Origin: Paracoccaceae bacterium
Lineage (GTDB): Bacteria > Pseudomonadota > Alphaproteobacteria > Rhodobacterales > Rhodobacteraceae
Assembly: GCA_006227805.1 (NCBI GenBank)
Contig: SBFT01000290.1
Coordinates: 1 to 27,511 of the forward strand
DNA length: 27,511 nt
Reading direction: 5' to 3'
Below, in pieces: positions 17,098 through 24,845 of this stretch (position 1 is its first letter; every line of letters starts with the position of its first letter). The translations under genes and the position numbers were made by a program. The notes beneath the pieces are model-generated. The model was not told the origin of the DNA. It searched no databases and saw nothing but the letters and a program-made list of their open reading frames with translations.

Positions 17098-19397
17098 GAT
17101 GCATCCTCCCCTTTGCGGGTCCGGCTCGAACGGCCCGTCGGCCCCTGGTCGGTGGTGCGCAAGAGCGCATAGGCCGCCAGCGCCGCGATCACGACAACCG
17201 CGATCTCGCCGAAGGTGTCGAGCGCCCTGAAATCGACCAGGATCACGTTGACGATGTTGCGTCCGAAAGCCTCGGGCCAGGAGGTGACCTCGAAGTAATC
17301 GGTCAGGCGGCGATCCATCGGCACTTCCAGGACGGCCAGCAGGGTCAATGTGACCACCGCGCCCACCGCCAGGCCCAGAAGCGCGTCGCGCGGACGCCAG
17401 TCGCGCGTTCCCGCAGGGTCGAGCGCGGGCAGGCGCAGAAGCGCAACCGCGACCAGCACGACGACCAGCGTCTCGACCAGAAGCTGGGTGATCGCGACGT
17501 CGGGCGCACCGAAGACGATGAAGATCATCGCGACGCCGATGCCCACGACGCCGAGGCTGGCCATCGCGGTGATCCGCGACCCCGTCAGCGCCGCCATCAC
17601 CGCGCCGGCCATGATCAGCACCGCCAGCGCCAGGTTCTTCCAGGTCACCGAGGACATGTCCGGCAGTCCCGGCAGCGCATCGCGCGCCAGCATCGTGCCG
17701 CCAAGGCCGACAAGGACCGTCAGGAACGTCACCAGGATGTAGATGCGCAATTCGCCCGATTGCAGGACGCGCGTCTGCCAGGCGGCCAGCCCCTTCAGAC
17801 CCTCGAGGAAGCGGTCCCAGCCATTGTCGAAGTTCGGCGCGGCTAGTTCTGCCCGGGCGAGCGCGGCACGCAGGCGCACATGGCCAAGGTAGATCGCCAG
17901 GCCCAGCGCCACGGTGGCGATGGACAGGATCAGCGGCATGTTCACGCCGGCCCAGAGCTTGAGGTCCTTCGCGTCCTCGGCCGACCCCAGCAGCGACGCC
18001 ACCGTCGGCGCGATCAGCGTGTCCTGAAGAAGGGCGGGAAAGACGCCGAAGACAACGCCCAGCACCGCCAGGATGACCGGACCCGCCAGCATCTGCCAGG
18101 GCGCCTCGTGCGGGGTGTGGGGCATCGCGCCGCCCGCGGGACGCCAGAAGGGCCGGAACGCGACCACGCCCGCCACCGCCAGCATCAGCGCATTGGCGAT
18201 CACCAGCGCGCCCACGACCAGCGCGGGCCCGGACCCCGCCTCGAGCGCGCCCGCGTAGAGAAGCTCCTTCCCGATGAAGCCCAGGAAGGGCGGGAAACCC
18301 GCCATCGACAGGGACGCCAGCGCCGCGGCCAGCGCGGTGAAGGGCATCGCGCGGGCCAGCCCGCCCAGGATGTCCGCCTCGCGCGTGCCGGTGCCGTGGT
18401 CGATGCAGCCCACCACCAGGAACAGCCCCGCCTTGTAGAGCGAATGGACGATCAGGAAGGTCGCGAAGGCGGTCATCGCGTAGCCGGACTCCTGGCCCAG
18501 GAACAGCGTCAGCGTGCCCAGCGCCATCAGCGTCGTATAGGCCAGCGCCTGTTTCAGATCGCTCTGGCGCAGGGCAAGGACGCTGGCGAAGACGGCGGTG
18601 AAGCCCCCGGCGATGGTCAGCGTCCACATCCAGACATCGGTGCCCGCGAACCCCGGATGCAGCCGTGCCATCAGGTAGACGCCCGCCTTCACCATGGTGG
18701 CGGAATGGAGGAAGGCCGACACGGGCGTGGGCGCGGCCATCGCGTTGGGCAGCCAGAAATGGAACGGGAACTGCGCGGATTTCGTGAAGGTGCCCGCCAG
18801 AATCAGGATCAGGATCGGCAGGTAGAGCGCATGGGCCTTCAGCGCGTCACCCTGTGCCAGGATCACCGACAATTCGAAACTGCCCGCGACCATGCCCAGA
18901 AGGATGAACCCCGCCAGCAGCGCCAGCGCCCCGGCGCCGGTGACGAAGAGCGCCTGCAAGGCGGAACGGCGGCCCTTGTAGGTCTCGTGCCCGAAACCGA
19001 TCAGCAGGTAGGAGGTGATCGTCGTCAGTTCCCAGAACACGAACAGCGCGATCAGGTTGTCGGCCAGCACCAGCCCCAGCATCGACAGCATGAAGCCGGC
19101 CAGGAACAGGGCAAAGCGCGCGAATTGCGGATGCCCCGCCAGGTAGGTGTTGGAATAGAGAAACACCAGCGCGCCGATCCCGCTGATCAGCAGTGCGAAG
19201 GTCAGGCTGAGACCGTCGACCAGGAACGACAGCGAGATGCCCAGCGACGGCACCCAGTCCCATTGCAGGCGCAGCACCTCGCCCGCCGAGACGGCGGGCA
19301 GAAAGCCCAGGAACCAGACGAAAAGCCCGGCGGCCAGACCCACCGGAGCCAGGCCCACCAGCCCGTTCCCCTTCGCCTGCGCTGCGGTCTCACTCAT
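17094..19397 (-). CDS. mrpA: Mrp antiporter subunit A (separate from MrpB; group 1 arrangement)
   Basis: From ATG 19397 (ATGA overlap with usp). VFWELTTITSYLLIG, TKSAQFPFHFWLPNAMAAPTPVSAFLHSATMVKAG, GAPDVAITQLLVE, GRNIVNVILVDFRALDTFGE. Confidence 0.95.
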   Translation of the reverse strand: MSETAAQAKGNGLVGLAPVGLAAGLFVWFLGFLPAVSAGEVLRLQWDWVPSLGISLSFLVDGLSLTFALLISGIGALVFLYSNTYLAGHPQFARFALFLAGFMLSMLGLVLADNLIALFVFWELTTITSYLLIGFGHETYKGRRSALQALFVTGAGALALLAGFILLGMVAGSFELSVILAQGDALKAHALYLPILILILAGTFTKSAQFPFHFWLPNAMAAPTPVSAFLHSATMVKAGVYLMARLHPGFAGTDVWMWTLTIAGGFTAVFASVLALRQSDLKQALAYTTLMALGTLTLFLGQESGYAMTAFATFLIVHSLYKAGLFLVVGCIDHGTGTREADILGGLARAMPFTALAAALASLSMAGFPPFLGFIGKELLYAGALEAGSGPALVVGALVIANALMLAVAGVVAFRPFWRPAGGAMPHTPHEAPWQMLAGPVILAVLGVVFGVFPALLQDTLIAPTVASLLGSAEDAKDLKLWAGVNMPLILSIATVALGLAIYLGHVRLRAALARAELAAPNFDNGWDRFLEGLKGLAAWQTRVLQSGELRIYILVTFLTVLVGLGGTMLARDALPGLPDMSSVTWKNLALAVLIMAGAVMAALTGSRITAMASLGVVGIGVAMIFIVFGAPDVAITQLLVETLVVVLVAVALLRLPALDPAGTRDWRPRDALLGLAVGAVVTLTLLAVLEVPMDRRLTDYFEVTSWPEAFGRNIVNVILVDFRALDTFGEIAVVVIAALAAYALLRTTDQGPTGRSSRTRKGEDAS

Positions 19398-20359
19398 GCC
19401 TTCGTGCCCTCGGCCAGCTGGACCGGGCTGACGAAGCCCCTGGGCTTGACCGTCAGCACCGAACAATCAAGACGGTTCAACACGGTTTCGGCCGTATTGC
19501 CGATGAAGAGACCGGCAATTCCCGTCCGTGCCAGCGTGCCCATGACAAGCGTGTCGATCCTTTCGCGATCCGCATGTTCGATCAGAACATCGGCCGGAAC
19601 GCCCTTGACGTGAAGCACGCGCGTGTTCTGGGCGAAAGCGGTGAAATCGTCCATCAGCTTTTTCAGGCCCGAGGCACTGTCCCGCTCGCATTTGTCGAGG
19701 ATTGCCTGAATTTCGGGCTCGGGCATGTTCACGAAGGAATGCCGCAGGGTCTGTTCCTCTTCCAGCTGCCAGGCATTGACCACGTCCAGACGGGCGCCAT
19801 CGTGCACGCAAAGCGAGGTGGCCAGTTCCATCACCATGTGATTGAGGCCATCGCGGACAGGGTCCGAGGGGTCGGGATCGACCGCGGCCATGATGCGCCT
19901 GGCGTTCGGTTCGGTCGTGCTGTTGAGCAGCCAGACAGGGCATGGGCACTTGCGCAGAAGATGCAGGTCGGGGCCGCGCAGGGTCCGGCTTTCGGGCGTG
20001 CGCTGTGCTCCCTTCAGGACAAGATCGTGACCGTTGGCCAGAACCGCGCGGATCGTCTCGATGAACCCCACGCCCTGAAACACTTGCGTGCGGACGTTCA
20101 GACCCTCGCTGCGCAGGGGCTCGGCCAGGGTGTCCAGGCGATCGGCGTGAAACCCGATCACGCGATCCTCGACCTCGCGCGCACGCATCCCGGGCAGCGC
20201 CGAGAAGAGCCGGGCGAAATCACCCGGGGCGGTGTCGATGATGTCGACCAGCGTCAGCGTCGCGCCATTGGCCTCGGCCAGCCAGCGGGCGCGCGCGAAC
20301 AGCGCGTCGGTGGCGCTGGCCGCATCCGCCACCACCAGGATGTTCCTGAACCTGTTCAT
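19394..20359 (-). CDS. Tandem-domain universal stress protein (UspE-like)
   Basis: From ATG 20359: MNRFRNILVV; HDLVLKG...DLHLLRKCPCPVWL; IMAAVD; IDTLVMGTLARTGIAGLFIGNTAETVLNRLDCSVLTVKP. Confidence 0.92.
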   Translation of the reverse strand: MNRFRNILVVADAASATDALFARARWLAEANGATLTLVDIIDTAPGDFARLFSALPGMRAREVEDRVIGFHADRLDTLAEPLRSEGLNVRTQVFQGVGFIETIRAVLANGHDLVLKGAQRTPESRTLRGPDLHLLRKCPCPVWLLNSTTEPNARRIMAAVDPDPSDPVRDGLNHMVMELATSLCVHDGARLDVVNAWQLEEEQTLRHSFVNMPEPEIQAILDKCERDSASGLKKLMDDFTAFAQNTRVLHVKGVPADVLIEHADRERIDTLVMGTLARTGIAGLFIGNTAETVLNRLDCSVLTVKPRGFVSPVQLAEGTKA

Positions 20360-20387
20360 CAGCCGCCCCCCGTTTTCGTTCCAGATC

Positions 20388-20416
20388 AGATAGGGTCGCA
20401 TCCCTTATTGATCCAA
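20388..20416 (-). promoter_or_regulatory. Candidate promoter for the usp-mrpABCDEFG operon
   Basis: Minus strand TTGGAT, 17 nt, CTATCT, resembling alphaproteobacterial TTG...CTATAT/CTATCT promoters. Predicted +1 near 20381, about 22 nt before the usp ATG. Confidence 0.45.
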
Positions 20417-20432
20417 TCGAAAAAGGAAGTAT

Positions 20433-20457
20433 TTTCGATAGAAATCCTCTATCGAAA
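20433..20457. promoter_or_regulatory. LysR/OxyR-type operator (ATAG-N7-CTAT core)
   Basis: Perfect 9-bp inverted repeat TTTCGATAG-aaatcct-CTATCGAAA. It contains the T-N11-A LysR box and the OxyR ATAG-N7-CTAT unit, and lies between the divergent usp and lysR starts. Confidence 0.8.
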
Positions 20458-20471
20458 CCCCCAGAGCCCCC

Positions 20472-21392
20472 ATGCCGACGCTCCAGCAACTCCGATATCT
20501 CGTCGCTGTGGACGATACCCTGCATTTCCGCCGCGCCGCCGAGGCCTGCCATGTCACGCAACCCACGCTCAGCGCCCAGATCAAGGACCTGGAAAGCAAG
20601 CTGGGTGCGGTGCTTGTCGAACGAAGCCGCGCGCGGGTGGTGATGACGCCCCTGGGCGCGGCGGTCGCCGATCATGCCAGACGCGCCCTGCGCGAGGTGG
20701 ACGAGATCCGCAACCTCTCGGTCCTGAACGGCGGCACGCTGCAAAGCACGATCAAGGTGGGCATCGTGCAATCGCTCGGGTCCTACCTTCTGCCGCTGAT
20801 CGTGCCCGACCTGCACCAGAGCCACCCCAAGCTGAAGCTTTATGTCCGCGAAGGCCTGCCGCATCACCTGACCGAGGCGCTGGCGACCGGCGCGGTCGAT
20901 CTTCTGCTGTTCCCGCTGCCGGTGCGGGGCGCGGAATACGACCAGCTGTCGCTGTTCCGCGAGCCGCTTCTTCTGGTGATCCCCCATGACCACCCCTTCG
21001 CCGCGCGCGACAACATCACGCCGGACCTGCTGAAGGGCGAGACGATCCTGGCGCTGGAACCGGGGCACAAGCTCTACGAGCAGGTGCGCGTGATCTGCGA
21101 CCAGTATGGCGCGCATCTGTCTCACGACTACGAAGGCACGTCGCTCGATACCCTGCGGCAGATGGTGGCGATGGGGATGGGCGTGTCGCTTCTGCCCGCG
21201 CTCTACGTCAAGTCCGAGGTCGCTCACCAGGACATCGTCGTCGCCCGCCGCTTCGAGGGGACGCCGCCCTCGCGCACGATCGGCATGGTCTGGCGGCAGG
21301 GCACGGTGCGCGAACAGGAATACCGCGATCTGGGGCGCGAGATCTGCGCGATCCTGAAGGCCGGCGCGCCGGAACTGACGATCCTGGGCTAG
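20472..21392 (+). CDS. LysR family regulator, OxyR-like but lacking the peroxidatic cysteine
   Basis: HTH LHFRRAAEACHVTQPTLSAQI, close to E. coli OxyR HFRRAADSCHVSQPTLSGQI. The sensing region reads LEPGHKLYEQVRVIC versus OxyR LEDGHCLRDQAMGFC. Also TSLDTLRQMV and RTIGMVWR. Confidence 0.92.
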   Translation: MPTLQQLRYLVAVDDTLHFRRAAEACHVTQPTLSAQIKDLESKLGAVLVERSRARVVMTPLGAAVADHARRALREVDEIRNLSVLNGGTLQSTIKVGIVQSLGSYLLPLIVPDLHQSHPKLKLYVREGLPHHLTEALATGAVDLLLFPLPVRGAEYDQLSLFREPLLLVIPHDHPFAARDNITPDLLKGETILALEPGHKLYEQVRVICDQYGAHLSHDYEGTSLDTLRQMVAMGMGVSLLPALYVKSEVAHQDIVVARRFEGTPPSRTIGMVWRQGTVREQEYRDLGREICAILKAGAPELTILG

Positions 21393-21399
21393 CGCGCGT

Positions 21400-24300
21400 T
21401 CAGTAGTCGCGTTCGAAGAAGACGCCCAAGGACGTGTCGCCGTCCGAATTGACGCTGCCGCGCAGGGTGACCTGCGGCGTCACATCCAGGTTCAGCGACA
21501 CCTCGTCCGCGTTCGAGCCGCCCACCGTGACATCGGTGTAGATGTTCTCCGAGATATACTTGCCCGCCCGCACCGCGGTGCCTCCGTCTTCGTCGGTGAC
21601 CACGTCGAAATCGTCCAGGTTGAAGCCGCGGCGCAGTCGTCCGATCACGTCGGCGCCGCTGTTGCCCGCCAGCGTGGCCACGGCCGAGGCCAGTTGCAGG
21701 GTCTGGAAGGTGGAAAGTTTCGACAAGTCGCGCCCGAAGAACAGAAGCGCCAGCACCTCGTCCTCGGGCCGTTCGGGCGAGGCGACGAAGCTGACCTCGG
21801 GGGCCGAGGCCGGGCCCTCGATGATGATGCTGGCGGTGCCGTCGCGGGTGGTGCTGGTGGCGACGAAGCGCAGAAAGGGATCGAGACTGCCCTGAAGATC
21901 GACCCGCCCCTCGTTCAGGTCGAACCGCTTGCCCAGAACCTCGACGCGGCCGCGCACCAGGTCCAGCGCCCCTTCCGAGCGCATCTGCGCGGTGGTGCCG
22001 GCCAGTCGCAGGTCGCCCGACAATTCGGCGTTGATCCCCCTCCCGCGGACGAAGAGGCGGCGCGGCGCGCTGATCGCGATGTCGAGGACATGCACCGGCC
22101 CCGTGGCGCCGGCATCCGCGGCCGCGGTCGCCTCTCCGGTCAGCCCGGCATAGGCCAGGGTGCGCAGGACGGCGGCGGGCGGGCTCAGGTGATTGATCCT
22201 GGGGATCGGGCCTGCGGCCGTGGCACCCGAGGGTTCGACGAGAAGCGTGCTTTCGCCCAGCGTCACCGCACCGGCGATGCGCGCGCCCGAGGCCAGCGGC
22301 CCGGTCACGGTAATGTTGGCATCGGCCTGCACCCGGTAGAGGCTGGGATCGACGAAGGTGCCGCCCGCCAGCGTCAGGCGCAGATCGGCGGGCAGACCCC
22401 CGCTCAGCCCCAGAAGCCCCTCGGCGCTCAGCCGACCCCCGGTGGAATTGTCGGCCCGCAGCGCGATGCTCGCCCGGCTGCGGGTCAGGTCGATCGTGGC
22501 GGCGATGTCCTGAAGGACGATCCCCAGGTTCGGCGCCACCAGGCGCGCGTCCTGGGTCTCGATCCGTCCGCTGAGCGCCGCCAGCGAGGGCCGCCCACGG
22601 ACGGACAGGTCGTATCGCGCGGTGCCCGACAGGCTGCGCGGACGCAGGAAGGGTTCGCTCAGGGCGAGCGGGGCCTGGCCCTCGACCTTCAGGTCGACAT
22701 CGCCCGACAGGCGCACGCCCCCCTTGACCGAGGCGGTCAACCCGCCCGCGCCCTGCGCCTGCGCGTCGATCCGCCAGGCCTCGGCGCCGTCGGGGCTTGC
22801 CGTGGCGCGGATCGTCATGGGGCCGGCAAGGTCGGGCACGATGGGTCGGATATCGGGAATCTTCGCGTCGAGGCGCAGTTCGGCCCCGGGCCCGGTCGCC
22901 TGGCCCGCCAGCGTCAGGTCCAGCCCGTAGGGTCCCGCGATCCGGCTCTCGGTGCGCCAGTTGCCGTCGCCCGGATGGGACAGCGTGCCCTGCGCCTCGG
23001 TCGCGCCCTGGAACTGCGGGGCGAGAAGGCCCACGTCGGCCAGCCGCGCGCGATAGGACAGGCGGCTCGCGGCGCGCGCGAGGTTGCCTTCGGCGCCGGC
23101 GCTTGCGTTCGGCGTCTCGACCGACAGCCTGCGCAGGGTGATCCCGTCCGCCCCGCGCGCGGCGTCGAGGACAAAGGCGCTCTGCCCCGCCAGCAGCCGG
23201 TCCGCCTGGTCCTGCCCCAGGCGCAGGTCCCCGCCCTGCCCCGAGGCTTCGATGTCGAAACTGCCCTCGAGCGGCGACACGCGGCCCCTGGCGCGGGCCT
23301 CGATCCGGCCGCCCAGGTCACGGCCCGCAAGCCCGGAAAAGCGCGCCAGGTCCGCGGCCTCGGCCGAGAGGTCGAAGGCGATGTCCAGCGCGTCCGAAAG
23401 GCCCGAGACCGCGACATCCCCCGCCAGCCGGTAATCGGGGCCCTGAAGGGTCAGGTCGTCCAGCCGCAGCCTGTCGCCCTCGGCGAAGGCCACACGGGCG
23501 CGCAGATCGGTCCGCCCGCCCAGGGCGTCGTTCATGCCGGGGCGGCCCAGGTCCAGCCCCGCCGCCGCAAGGGTCACATCGGCCGCGATCCGCGCGGGCG
23601 CGCCCTGCGGCAGCGAGATGACGCCGTCGAGGCCAAGGTCGATGCGCTCGGCCGCGACCCCTTCGCGCGCGAACCCGTCGATCCCGATGCGCCCGGCCAG
23701 CCGGTCGCCCGCCGCAGCGTCGTAATCGAGATCGAGCGTCGCCCCTCGCAGGCGCGTCTGCGGGCCCGCCAGCGGCAAGACCACATCCGCGCCGTCCGCC
23801 TGCGCGATACGGCCCTCGATATCCAGAAGCAGCGGCCAGCCCTGCGCGTTCAGCGCGACGCGGCCCGACAGGGACAGCGCCTGCGACCGCAGGTCCATCC
23901 GCTCGAGCGTCAGCGCGCCGTCGCCCGCGCGCAGGCCCGCGGCGGCCAGTTGCACATTCGGCCCGAAGAAGCCCCGATACTCCGGCGCGAAGAGCGGCGT
24001 CACATCCCCGCCCAGGTCGGCGGCAAAGCGCGTCGCACCCGCTTCCGCGCCCTGCAGCGTCACCGTGCCGCCCAGCCTTTCCACCTTCTCGGTCGCAAGC
24101 CGGATGCGCGCGGTGAAATCGTCCAGCGGCCCCGTGCCCACAACGCTCAGCGCGGTTTCCGGCGCGCCGGGGATGTTCAGAAGGCCCGCGGCGATCCCGC
24201 CCGGGGGCTCGCTCAGGGCGATGTCCAGCTCCAGCACGCGCGACTGGGGTTCGAAGCCCAGAACGATCAGGAACTGCCCGCCCTCCTGGTCCAGACGCCG

Positions 24301-24843
24301 CAGATCGAACCGCAGGTTGCCCGCACCGCCCGCCAGTTGCGCCTGCCCGTCGACGGCCAGTTCGGCCGCCTGCCCGATCACATCGGCCGCAACGACCAGC
24401 CGGTCGATGCGCACCTCGCCGATCGAGACGCTGACCGGCAGATCCGGCAGGGCGAATTCGGTCGTCTCGGCGGGCGGCAGACTGTCATCCACAACGGGGA
24501 CCGGGCGGCGCAGGATCTCGATCCGCTCGGCCGAGAGCGTGTCGACCTCGAGCCTGCGGCGCAGAAGCGCGCTGCGCGTCCAGTCCAGTTGCGCCTTCTC
24601 CAGCCTCAGCCAGACGCCGGTCTCGTCGGCAATGGTCAGCGTGTCGAGCGTCGCCTGCGACGACAATGCGCCGCGAAAGCCGGTGATCCGGACGTCCCGG
24701 CCCACGCCCGAGAGGCTGTCCTCCAGCAGACGCTCCAGAAAGCCGCCACCGTCGCTGTCGTCGTCGCTGTCGTCCTGCGCGGCGGCGGGCGCGGCCCAGA
24801 CCAGCCAGGGCGCAAGGAGAAGGACCAGAAGCCTGCGCATCAT
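21400..24843 (-). CDS. tamB: Translocation and assembly module subunit TamB (DUF490 C-terminus)
   Basis: About 1147 aa, Gly/Ala/Leu-rich beta-repeat-like. C-terminal LFVRGRGINAELSG, FGRDLSKLS..Q..QLA, GKYISENIYTDV, SLGVFFERDY. Directly downstream of tamA. ATG at 24843 or 24840. Confidence 0.9.
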   Translation of the reverse strand: MMRRLLVLLLAPWLVWAAPAAAQDDSDDDSDGGGFLERLLEDSLSGVGRDVRITGFRGALSSQATLDTLTIADETGVWLRLEKAQLDWTRSALLRRRLEVDTLSAERIEILRRPVPVVDDSLPPAETTEFALPDLPVSVSIGEVRIDRLVVAADVIGQAAELAVDGQAQLAGGAGNLRFDLRRLDQEGGQFLIVLGFEPQSRVLELDIALSEPPGGIAAGLLNIPGAPETALSVVGTGPLDDFTARIRLATEKVERLGGTVTLQGAEAGATRFAADLGGDVTPLFAPEYRGFFGPNVQLAAAGLRAGDGALTLERMDLRSQALSLSGRVALNAQGWPLLLDIEGRIAQADGADVVLPLAGPQTRLRGATLDLDYDAAAGDRLAGRIGIDGFAREGVAAERIDLGLDGVISLPQGAPARIAADVTLAAAGLDLGRPGMNDALGGRTDLRARVAFAEGDRLRLDDLTLQGPDYRLAGDVAVSGLSDALDIAFDLSAEAADLARFSGLAGRDLGGRIEARARGRVSPLEGSFDIEASGQGGDLRLGQDQADRLLAGQSAFVLDAARGADGITLRRLSVETPNASAGAEGNLARAASRLSYRARLADVGLLAPQFQGATEAQGTLSHPGDGNWRTESRIAGPYGLDLTLAGQATGPGAELRLDAKIPDIRPIVPDLAGPMTIRATASPDGAEAWRIDAQAQGAGGLTASVKGGVRLSGDVDLKVEGQAPLALSEPFLRPRSLSGTARYDLSVRGRPSLAALSGRIETQDARLVAPNLGIVLQDIAATIDLTRSRASIALRADNSTGGRLSAEGLLGLSGGLPADLRLTLAGGTFVDPSLYRVQADANITVTGPLASGARIAGAVTLGESTLLVEPSGATAAGPIPRINHLSPPAAVLRTLAYAGLTGEATAAADAGATGPVHVLDIAISAPRRLFVRGRGINAELSGDLRLAGTTAQMRSEGALDLVRGRVEVLGKRFDLNEGRVDLQGSLDPFLRFVATSTTRDGTASIIIEGPASAPEVSFVASPERPEDEVLALLFFGRDLSKLSTFQTLQLASAVATLAGNSGADVIGRLRRGFNLDDFDVVTDEDGGTAVRAGKYISENIYTDVTVGGSNADEVSLNLDVTPQVTLRGSVNSDGDTSLGVFFERDY

Positions 24844-24845
24844 CC

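Noticed and set aside
16678-18627. 649-aa ORF that could suggest an MrpA-MrpB fusion or frameshift
   Set aside because: Only the last 139 codons are MrpB (GTG 17097). The rest is an off-frame read of mrpA, which has its own intact stop at 17094-17096.
13707-19397. Membrane-bound hydrogenase or complex I (Mbh/Nuo) subunits
   Set aside because: The full A-G order is present with no Fe-S, NiFe or NADH-binding subunits, which is a stand-alone Mrp antiporter.
20472-21392. Annotation as canonical oxyR
   Set aside because: The peroxidatic Cys is absent and no peroxide-defence gene is adjacent, so the symbol was withheld.
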